In this document: positions 25,171 to 36,175 of the stretch, one piece after another
Layout: every line of letters starts with the position of its first letter
Numbering within the stretch: the stretch's first letter is position 1
NCBI GenBank assembly: GCA_964187785.1
Contig: OZ076412.1
Location: 38,874,001 to 38,938,000 of the forward strand
Reading direction: 5' to 3'
DNA length: 64,000 nt
From: Amphiscolops sp. MND2022
Lineage: Eukaryota
Translations under genes and position numbers: made by a program
The notes under the pieces: model-generated
What the model saw: the letters and a program-made list of their open reading frames with translations, nothing else
What the model was told of the DNA's origin: nothing
Databases searched by the model: none

Positions 25171-26899
25171 AAACGTTTGAATTTCATTTTTTTTCTGAAG
25201 TAATGTGAATCTCGCTTTTAGCCAACTTCGCCTTCCATGTTTTGTCGATTTTGTAAAATATTTTCTCAATCTACAAAAGGGTTCTTGTTTCGATTTTTGT
25301 GAAGTTCTATACTAAAACTATAGTTTAAAGAAGCAATTTGTAGCCACAGGGTTCACCCTTCCAGTTTTTGGAACAGTCAGGTTTTGAGAAATTTTGCAGA
25401 AACAGTTCATCGACGATATCAAGGTACATTGCGATTTCAAGTTTTAAGTGCCTACTTATGTAATTCCCGGCTTGTTTGAATAAATTTAGTGTTTCTCGAA
25501 ATACGGTCCAACCCTTTCGATTATTCTAGAATATTGACAGGTGGCTTTAGAGAGAGTTAATTCTTTAAGTTTATATATTTATCATTAGATCTTAAAATCT
25601 CTTGGCTTGCCAAGTTTTCTCTGCTTGTTTTCCGTTCATTCGCTCGAATAAAAATAAAAAGTAGCGGTGCCACTGCCGTCACAGTGTTTGTTCTTCTTCG
25701 ACAAAGGGAAACTTGAACTAAATTTCAAATATTTTTCAAATCTTGCCTGTTTTTTTTTTCAGGCTTGGGCGTTCCACAACTGTAAATAGACTTTAATCTT
25801 CCAATTTATGCCGCTTTCAAATTAAAGTCTCTCCTAAACTCAACCTTTTGTTGGAGCTTTACTCTGAGAACGCCCCTCTTTATTGGCTCTTGTTTTCTAT
25901 CAAAACTCAAAACTCTAGCTAATTCACTCCTGAAGGAATCGCTTTTTCTCTTGCGTACTTTTTGGGTTGTCTTATTCCTGCAAAAATTTATCTAGATTAT
26001 TCTTCTCTTATTTCCCAAAATATTACTTTGTTTTGACAGGTGGCAGATTTCAGCCATGTTTTAGTTAGGGCAAAACCGTACAGCCCAAAGATATTGTGAC
26101 GTCAGAAATCATGGCACTGTAGAAGTGAGATTCTCCCGATGTTCTGGTAGATGCTGTACGCAAAAAGCCTATAAAATTTTGTGAAACTATATTTTTGGCC
26201 GTAAAATTGCTCTGGCGTGAAAGAAAAACGCCATTTGGGCATTTATGACTTTCCAGAAACGGTGCGAATTTTTTTGAAAGATTCAATGGAAAAGTAAAAG
26301 TCAACTAGAATCTAAAGTCTCCTTTACGGATGAAAATAATCTCTCACAAATAGTCTTGACTCTGAATCTACACCGAGAAAACATTGCGATCAAGCTTTGG
26401 GTGAGGAACTTTGCATTGCTTTGGAAACTCATTTTTATTGCATTTTGCCTCGTATTGTATACAAACAATTGGTTTTTTGTTCTTTGAAGAGAAAGAACAC
26501 TTTCGAACTAGAGTTAGCGTTAATATTTGATGCGTAAAAGGTGATGAAAAAAATTCAGAAGATAGCACTACAGCTGGATTTTGAAGTTCATTTCAAATAA
26601 TAGATCCTCAAGATCTCAAGAGTGTGTCTTGACTTTAGAAATGTTGATTATAAATACATGTAATTCACGAAATTGAATATGCAATGGCCTTCTGATATTG
26701 TTGATTCTTCTGATTTTCAGTAATGTTGCTTCCCTGTGGATCCTGAAGATCAGATTCGAAATATCACATTCTTGTTGTTCGGTCACTTCCGTGTGATTTG
26801 AAAAAAACTACGAAAATTAATTATTATAGTCGGTCTATAATTCCTGCATGGCTGTGCCAAAATGAACCAGCGTGACAATGGTACTGTGGTTTTTCGGAC

Positions 26900-27548
26900 A
26901 CAGTGCTTGTTTGGATAAATGCTCTTCCAAGTATTCCGCTGAGAAATGGAATATTATCAATTTTTAGGACAACTTCCTGAAAATTAATGAGATCCGAAAC
27001 GTTTTCTTTGCTTGCCTGGCTTCTTCGCTCGCTTGACTGATTAGCGCTAAATTTTATTACATATTAGAAATTAACGTCCAATTCAATTACTGATACGGGC
27101 AACTTGAGAAAAGTTTTTTAAACTCATCTCAAAATTTTTGAAAATAGGATTCTTTTCTCTTTTTTTGAAGAAAGAATTGTTACGGCTATCGGAGTGTTTT
27201 TAAAAGTAGTCGCTTTTGATTTTATAGGAGTCGAAGACGATACAGGATGAGTATTATCCGTTTCAGAATCGAGTTCTTCTAAGTTTCGGAGAATTATTGG
27301 TTTGTTTTAGCAATGGGAGCTATAAGTTACAACATTTCGTTTTGGTATTCAGCTAAGATTTTTGTTAGATCAAACATTATCTCCTGTCTAAATGACGTTT
27401 TGATTTCGTCTATGTTCTCAGCTTGCATTTTACCAAATTTGCTTGGGCCTGCTACGGGCTTCTCAGTTTGACTTTTTTCAGCTACAGAAGCTTCAAAATC
27501 CCCTGATACTAGTTCAGCTACAGCGTTTTTTTGGCTTCTAGTTGTCAT
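26900..27548 (-). pseudogene. Degraded gag-like ORF of a second LTR-retrotransposon family
   Basis: MTTRSQKNAVAELVSG...EIMFDLTKILAEYQNEML is followed by frameshifted DSETDNTHPVSSSTPIKSK. A further segment resembles the GKSEKFELFEDLF motif of the intact gag at 50075. Confidence 0.5.
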
Positions 27549-29049
27549 TTTTGAGTTGAAAAGACGGGAATCTCTTGAATTTATGAATTCCTCAAAGAAT
27601 TGGAATTTTGTTTTAACGTTAAGTTAACGGAGAGTATATGTTTAGAAAACAATAAACTATCGATTAAAATTTACGTGTTCGTTTTACATTCATTTACTTT
27701 CCCAGCGTAATTTGTTCCTCACCAAAAAAATCCTAAGGATCGTGAAAATCGGGTTTGTTCTCTAAAAAGCTCTAATGATTCATTTCATTTGAGTCCGGCG
27801 TCAAAAATAAGGCATCGAAATTCCTATTTACGTCGCATTTGTTGAAATCATAATATGTTCAATCTAGTGCGCTTCCTGTTGGAACGTCAAAATGGCGGTA
27901 AAACAAGGGTCCGCTTAACATTTTCATTGACGAACTCCAGCCGACATGAACAATTAGTCAATTTCTAAGTTGGAAGTCCGAGTCCTCAAGACAAAGTCAT
28001 GACTAGCAAAAACAGCGACGCAACTAGAATGGAGAGAATAATTTTGAATATGAAAATATCCCAATATTGTTGAGAGAGGAATAAACGATGCTAAGCAATT
28101 TTACAGAATCTACATGATCTGGATAGATGTAGTTCAAATGCTACGTTTCCCTAACGGAGACGAGCCAAACAACATAAATAGGAGAACCCAGTATTTCAAA
28201 TACTGAGTTCCCTCAACGGAACTCCCTCAAACGACACGAAATACAAATTTCATGAGTAACATTACTATCATCGCAATCCGTAGTTGAAAAATAACGGCAA
28301 ATTTCAATCCTGACAACTGTAAACGATAACTAAAACAATACTGCATTCACTGAACTCGCCATTCCTTCACTGAAAACGGAGATCCTGCATTGCATCTTGC
28401 ATCATTTACTAAGTTGTGTTTTATAACCAAAGTAAAATACTCAATCCTAATTTCATAGGAGACTCTACGCAACGCAAGATAAACGTAAAATCAAGCTCAA
28501 CATCGTAGTATGAAACAAGAAAATTTTGAGATTGTGCTTGTGACTGCATGATTCTTCCCTACAGTACAGCTTTTGTCAGTACTGTTATCGAGTATATGTT
28601 ATTATGATTTATGTATTATGGTATATGTCCTTATGGTATGTTATTTAGAATTTTCCGCTCATATTTCATATGGGAAAGGAAAATATTTAAATCAAACGGG
28701 TTTTTTTTACAAAATTTGCCAAGAATTATTGTTTACGTAATATGAAGAAGTACATTCACAGAATTCAACTGACATAAATTTAGTTCCATGGGATATGTAT
28801 TTGTATAGATTTTTGGACTTAAAACGATTTTGTTGCTCAAATGATTTGGGGCGGAAATCATCCCGCTGGTCCGCGGGCGTCTTGTTGAATAAATTCTTTT
28901 CAAAACTTGCCTAAAGCTTAATCTTCGTGGTTACAATTGTACAGTCGCTCCGTAGCGTCTTCGTACGTAGTAAGATTAGATATAGCTGAGCAGCAGTTGT
29001 GGCAGAAATCGCGGAGTGCGTAGGAGTGCCAATTCATTCTCTTAGCTCG

Positions 29050-29467
29050 TGACGTCACAATAAATTATTTTTATTGGGTTGAGCGCAAATAACTCAACTA
29101 AGGGACGACGCTATTGGTCCATAAAAGTAGAATCAACGGTTAGTAGTCCTTTTGAGTGACGCTGCCATAATGTTGTAGTTATTTGCTTAAATTGCTTGAT
29201 TTATTGCTTGTTTAAGTCTGACAATTTTGTTAGTACTTGAAAACAATCCATAGTACTTTCTGTATATTTCTTCATCTCAGATTGTATGAGCTCCGTTGGG
29301 ATCACGGAGTTTAATATTGTTTCCCACGTTTCTTTTTAGGGTGGAGAAGAACGAATTTTCCTTCTGAATTTTCGACTCTGTTTTGGTATTTAGATTAGAA
29401 TGAAAATTCTAATAGACGAAACCGGAAGTAAAAATTGATTAGGCGTAAAAAGTTTTAGACCGGAAGT
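29050..29467. promoter_or_regulatory. Candidate promoter/enhancer motif cluster
   Basis: Perfect CRE TGACGTCA at 29050-29057, reverse CCAAT motifs, and two Ets sites CCGGAAGT at 29422 and 29460. Confidence 0.3.
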
Positions 29468-32165
29468 TTCAGTTGGATCTAATTTCTTCCTTTAAAATAT
29501 CCTGTTGTCCTTACGTCAACTTTTGTGATCCAGAAGATTTCTTTCATTTTATTTAGCTGTACTGTAAGTAGAGTTTGATAGACTAACATTTTAGTAGTTT
29601 CTTCTGTGCCCGAGTTCTCTAGTAAACTTAAGGATGCTTTCTTGGCAGGTGAAACACCGACCGTGAGCTGGTCGTGACAAAAATGACAATCCCACTTTGA
29701 GATCCAAGTTGAGTCCCTCAATAATTTTTGGGGTATAGAATCAAAGGACCATGTTTTTTATTTCCCTGAACACTCAAACAACTTTATGCTCGAAAAATCT
29801 TGGGCGATCGAAATGAACTGATATTGCTATTAATACTTACAGGATTGAATCTTAGAGTTGTTTCGACACTTGCGGCAAAAATTGAGGCACAACACGTTTT
29901 GATGTTTTGCACAAGAAAGCAAAAATCCACCCCTGGAACAAGCTAAAATTTTATGTAAATTTTATGTAATTTCGAACCCAAATTTTCTCAGTCATAAATA
30001 AAATTCAGCAATTTTTAAACGTGGATGAATATAAAAGATAAACTTATGTCGACATCATTTATTTTATTTGACCAAAATTTCAGCGCAAACGATGTCGACA
30101 TAATGATATTTCAACCTTGTTTTCTATCCCCCACGCAGCCGCTTGAGGGGATAAGAAACATGGTAGGAATGAAATAATTCAAAGGTCGATCTCACTGTCT
30201 CACCATTCAATTTCCATGAATTCACAGCTTTTTTTCTGTTGGTGCGTTCTGTTGGGTTCTGTGCTTAGCAAGGGCTGACACATTCTTATGTTGATAAGTA
30301 ATTGGATGTCGCTATCATAGATTTAAACACATTTTCAAATGTATTTGGACTGAAATTCAACGGAATCCACAAAAACCAACGATAGTATCTATTGGCTAGC
30401 ATATTTGTTGAATGTGTTATTTTGATTACGGCGAAATCAATTGATTCAGACCCTAGGTGGTATTCGAAAATTTTTTGAACGGTCATTCACAAACAAAAAG
30501 CAGTACATCTTCTTCTTTCAATACTTCGCTCTTTTGCAACTATGTAGATGTTATACGGTTCATACCGAATTGACTGAATTCGCACATCAATCAAACAGAA
30601 CTCTGTTTACAAACAATAGAATACTACGACAGACAACCCTCGATCTTAGATAACCTTTTTGTTCATACGTATCATTGGTTAAAGAAAAGACTCTTTGTAA
30701 CAAAATCTCTTTTCATCAAATCAACTATCAGAATATAACAATGGAAAATAGACATATTCTTCTAGTAGGTTCTCCCTTTTCAATTTTCCAGTAGAGTGGA
30801 AAATCTTAAACGAGGGGCAATCAATTAAGATTTTCCGAACTTGTAGATGCTTGAGGGGTATTTCACGTGATTCATAAATTGAAGCCTAATCGCCTATTGC
30901 TATTGACTACATTTATAGTCTCGACCAACTGAGACGAGGAATTCTTCAACTTCTACACCCACAAAAAATATCCGGAATTATTGCTCCAAGTCCAAGAGAA
31001 TAGTGAATGTTCTCAACTCAAAAACTGTTTTTAAGACATGCATCTCCTCTAAACTGCAAAGTTTTTAGCATCATCTCACAATTATCTCCCAGCTCAGAAA
31101 AACAGTTTTCCATAGTGCACAACGCAAACGGCTTTTCTATATATCGAGGCAAAACCATTAAAATCTGTATTCTATGAAATATGAAAAATTTCAATTACCG
31201 GTACCATGACCCAAAAATAGCAGAGGGAATCCGACTCTAGTATACATGCGATATGAGCCATTCTGAGAGCCATTAATAGCAGATGTTAATGTCAGGTCCG
31301 TCTTAAGGATGGTCCAATCTTGTGACCTTTGTTAACACACGATTCAAAATGAATGCTACAGCTCCGTTCAGTCTGAGATGTTACTATAGTCAAATGACAA
31401 TTCAATCTACAAGTCTATTCATAAAATCAAGCAAAGAACAATAATAGCAGCGGAGAAAAATTACTTGCCATTGCCACGCCGAGTTCTAGGACAAGCTGAA
31501 CAAGAAGTTTTTGAGCACAAAAGAGGAAGATAGAGTGATAGCAAATACAAGAATATCCATGTCACATCTTGATGGAAAGAAAAATGTTAGATTTCTATGT
31601 TTATCGGACTTTACAAAATATTCGATTCGCTTTTAAGATTTTCATGATTATAATCAAATATGTTGGAAACTGGACCAATTTGAAACACAAAACGTTTCCA
31701 AAGATTACACACGAGTTTTTCAATACCATACTTTTTAGTGGAAAATATTACACAAATTTACAAGTTTAAAGCTTTGAGCATTACTGCCTTAAAAGATTTC
31801 CTATCAGATGCATACATGGTAAAAGATTTATTTGTACGGCTGTTTGATAAGACTAGCAACTAGGAAATGTTCGTTGGCTATTCCCCAAGCTAGCAAGTCT
31901 CATTGTCTAAGGAGCATGTAACCCGATTTCACACAGAAATTAAATGTCGAAACCGATTGCATGTGTTAACTGATGAATTGTGAAATCTTGAAAATGCTGC
32001 GATTTTGTCTTCAGTGTCCATACATTTTTGTTGAATCAGATTCGAGATCCAATATTATGTAAATAGCTGAGACAACAGATGCTGGTCACCCATAAAAAAC
32101 GGTACAGGAAAACGGCTTTCACAGTTTTTTGTTGACTTTTGGGAAAGTTTTTTAATGGTCTCCAC

Positions 32166-32480
32166 CCCAGTGCAAACATTCTTTAAAATCCTATCCAAGA
32201 TTCTTGCATATTCGAGAAACCTTCGGTAAAAAGTGTAGAGCTCTAAGAACATGTACGGTCTTGCCAAGAGTTTCAAACAAACACTTTCTTTGTTCAACCA
32301 AAAAAAGTTTAAGCAAAAAAAGTCTCGGGAAAGTTCAAGAGGTATCAAGAATTCGCAAAGTATTCCAAGGGGTTCAAGACGTAAAGGGACTTTGTAAGAA
32401 ATGTCAATATCTTGGCAAACATTTCAAAATAATCCACCGGGATGACTCCTCAGAGTTTGGAATCATGGCCAAACATGAAA
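32166..32480 (+). mobile_element. Fragment of the CTTGCCAAG MITE family
   Basis: Starts CCCAGTG, with internal TCTTGCCAAGA and TCTTGGCAAA motifs. No right TIR was seen. Confidence 0.45.
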
Positions 32481-33879
32481 AAAGTAACTGCTAGTTCTCA
32501 AAGTTGGCATGTTTGATTTGGTAGACGTTTTGAATCTAAAACAGCTTGACTTAGATATACACGCGTTCGTCCGAATGAAGAGTTTTTCCAACTTGTAGAT
32601 AAAGTTTCACTTTCTTCATTATTGTGCCAAACAGGGAGATCTTTGGTATGTCTAGTGGATTGATTTGAATTCTTCAAGCGCACACCCACACTATCACGTT
32701 GTGCTCTTACTCTGATTTCTCAACCATTCATCTGATGTAATAAGCGCTTCTCAAACAACACGCTGAAGATTACTCTAGATTGCCGTTTATAACATGACTG
32801 GAAAAATTGCATTAAGATAGCAATAAGTTTGACGAGGTCTAATCTGTATGTCAGAATAGAAAGAAGACATTACGAAATCTGAAAAACTTCACAATTTAAG
32901 ATTGCCGCAAACATTTCGTTAAAACTTCAAAGCAGATAGTAAGCGGAGATAAAATTCGATTGCAAAATGAAAAATATAGTGCCTGAATGCTTGGGGAATA
33001 GTTTTTGAAAATCATGATGAAAGTTGTTGGCAACTTTGCCGATGCTCCTGGTAATTAATGTTAGTTTTCATTCAGATAACATTCGCAGCCTAATAACACT
33101 CGCGTTGGTTTAAACCATGCATTACTCGCTAATTTTGCTGCTATTACCCCCTCATATATTCAAGATGTGTATTACTTGGTGACCATTCTTAGCGAGGACG
33201 CCTATACAATAGTTCATGAAATGATTAAATTGTACAAGGAGAATAATGCAGTACTAACGTATATGTAATTAAACGTTTGAAATGAATGCGGAAATCAGAC
33301 TACCACATACTGCATTACAGTAATGATATTGCAACTGTGGAGTAATGTATATTACTTAGTCACATTTGTGATTCATTAACCAGTATGACTCTTATTTTGT
33401 GGTGTAGTAAACCCAGGTTAACCATCATGGCTAATTCATGGATATTCATCCATGATTCATCCATGATTTATGGATCGCCATGTCATGAATCATTCCATGA
33501 TCTGGAAAGATATTCATGATTCATGGATGATTCATGGATGGAAACCCATGATTCATGGATGGAAACCCATGATTCATGGATTAAATCCCCGACGCCGAGG
33601 ATGATCATCGATGCAAATTAATGCGAAGGCCCAGTTTTTGAACTGGCCGTTGAACTGGATACACCAGATTCGATGAATTATGAAAAGAATAGTACCATAA
33701 AATCTAGTTTTTGGATTGATAAATTACGGAAACACCCTCAAAAATGATGAAAACGCCTAAAAAGAGCACAAATTAAGCGGATATCATGGGATTTGACATC
33801 TATCGAAACAAACAAGTCAAATAAACCTCAGTTTTATGAGAACCGACACTCACAGAAAATTTTGCCTAGGCTAAATTAG

Positions 33880-34952
33880 CGGGGAACAGGAATAACGTCT
33901 AAGGAATAACGTCTAAAAGTCCACCGGGAATAACGTCTAAAGGAATAACATCTAAATCTGAAATGAACGGGAATAACGTCTAAAAAAACGGGAATAACGT
34001 CTAAAAAGTGGAATAACGTCTAAAAAGCGGAATAACGTCTAAAAAAAGGAATAACGTCTAAAACTGACATACGTTTAAAATGTCAAAAAACGATGAAAAT
34101 ACGTCTGAAAAACGGGAATAACGTCTAAAATTGGCAAAAACGTCTAAAATGTCAAAAAATCTTCAAAATACGTGGCAGTGGGAAGAACGTCTGAGGAATA
34201 ACATCTAAATACAAAATGGGAATAACGTCTAAAATAAATCATATGAGACAAGCGTCTAAAGTTTTAGACGTTATTCGCTTCGAAAAAATCTTTCTGAAAA
34301 CGAAAATATCAAAATGTGGGGCATATGCGGTGTATGCACGCTCGCCCTCACCGTCGCAAAGACCAGCTCCCACTACGATCGCTTCGCGATCTCCGTTCCC
34401 GCTAGGTCTTTGCTCCTGTTCGACCTCGCTTAGCAAGATGGGAACATAAGCGGCCCCAAGGGGCCGCGGGGCACTAGAAGGAATGGGGACATATCCGAGG
34501 CACGTTTTATATTTTATATCACTTTTTAGTTTTAGATCTTGAACGATTTATTTTTTTTCAATTTAATTTGTTTTTCTCGTTTCTCAGTCGTATTTCGATG
34601 AATTTCGGATATCTTGGGCGTTTTTCTGGATTTTTTACGTTATTCCTTTTTTCGGACGTATTTGCATAGTTTTTTGATATTTTGGACGTTTTTTTTCGAT
34701 TTAGGAACAAATACCCATCAGACACATTGACTTTTGCTCGTATTCCGTGGCCTTCGATTATTTCATAGTTCATTCCTGAAAACTAGAGCAAGGGAAGGAA
34801 TTTTTCAGCACGAGGAACAATATTTCAAAATTGAGAATAACATCTAAAAACGGGAATAACGTCTAAATCTTTGGACGTTATTCCCGAAAAATGAGTAAAA
34901 TTTAGACGTTATTCCTTTAGACGTTATTCCTTAGACGTTATTCCCGCCCCTA
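33880..34952. mobile_element. Nested MITE with inverted GGAATAACGTCTAA arrays (probably hAT)
   Basis: Direct arrays on the left and inverted arrays on the right. Candidate 8-bp TSD TAAATTAG at 33872-33879 and 34953-34960. Right end reads TAGGGGCGGG on the minus strand. Confidence 0.6.
34309..34477 (+). mobile_element. Possible mini-Helitron
   Basis: A|TC start, perfect GC hairpin GCGGCCCC-AA-GGGGCCGC at 34450-34467, then CTAG at 34474-34477. The following base is A rather than the canonical T. Confidence 0.4.
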
Positions 34953-35786
34953 TAAATTAGCTAAATTAGCTAATTCGAACATTTGAACGAATTTTTCAAC
35001 ATAGCAAATCATGGATGAATCATGGATGACAGTCATGGATGAAAATCCATGAAGCGTCACTCTGCCATGGATCATCGATGTTTTCCCATGAATAAGTAGG
35101 TAATGTTTTGAAAAATCCATGATCATAGATGAATATTCATGAATTAGCCATGATGGTCAACCTGGGAAGATTTGACTTTGCGAAATAACAAGTTGTTTTT
35201 TTGAAATACGACTTACACTGCATAACATAAGGAACTAGTTTTCGGCAAAAGCTAGTATACAAGTACAAATCATGTGACGTAAATAACAGTACAGCTATGT
35301 TCTTTACCAATCAGAAAACATATGTCTCATTCAAGATTCGGTCCAGATTTATTATGTCATGTACAGTTTTTTCAAAACTAACTGATGATATAACCAGGCG
35401 TTTTTCTAGTAGTTACATAATAATGATGTAATGATGATCCTCTAAAAATTGATGCAATGTGAGAGCAAGAAAACACAACCTCCTCCAATCATCAACGAAA
35501 AAAACACACAAAAACTACAATTTTGCCTTTTCAACACTGCGCATTTTCCTTCAATACTTTTAAACATTCAATTTCATTTTGTCGACTTTACATTATGTTT
35601 GACTTCTTGAACGTTGACTTCAACTCCATATCAGTTCCCGTATCTCTATCTTATTTCAAAAACTTTTGCATCAAAATATCATTTCAGTCCTGGGAAACAA
35701 AAGAAATAGAAAATCATGAACGGGGCTTTCACCTCCATTAGAATGAGAGATGAGAGCTTTAGAAGCAGAAGCGTCAAACAATAATG

Positions 35787-36175
35787 GGACTAGTATTGAA
35801 ACACTTAGTAACTTTGAAAATGTTCGTTCATATAGTGACAGAGGAGCAAGCTCAAACGAACGTGGACTAGTATTGAAACACTTAGTAACTTTGAAAATGT
35901 TCGTTCATATAGTGACAGAGGAGCAAGCTCAAACGAACGTGGACTAGTATTGAAACACTTAGTAACTTTGAAAATGTTCGTTCATATAGTGACAGAGGAG
36001 CAAGCTCAAACGAACGTGGACTAGTATTGAAACACTTAGTAACTTTGAAAATGTTCGTTCATATAGTGACAGAGGAGCAAGCTCAAACGAACGTGGACTA
36101 GTATTGAAACACTTAGTAACTTTGAAAATGTTCGTTCATATAGTGACAGAGGAGCAAGCTCAAACGAACGTGGAC
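35787..36175. repeat. Perfect 77-bp tandem repeat, 5 copies
   Basis: Units start at 35787, 35864, 35941, 36018 and 36095 and are identical by eye. A 4-bp GGAC microhomology closes the array at 36172-36175. Confidence 0.95.

Larger units (their letters stand above)
33412..35166. mobile_element. EnSpm/CMC-type non-autonomous element
   Basis: TIR of about 45 bp CCCAGGTT(A/G)ACCATCATGGCTAATTCATG(G/A)ATATTCATC, 2-bp TSD AA, and subterminal (TT)CATGGAT repeats. Confidence 0.75.

Noticed and set aside
30118-30160. Isolated hairpin TGTTTTCTATCCCC...GGGGATAAGAAACA
   Set aside because: Single occurrence with no associated element or gene context.
35787-36175. CRISPR-like array
   Set aside because: The units are contiguous and identical with no unique spacers, the context is eukaryotic, and there are no cas genes.
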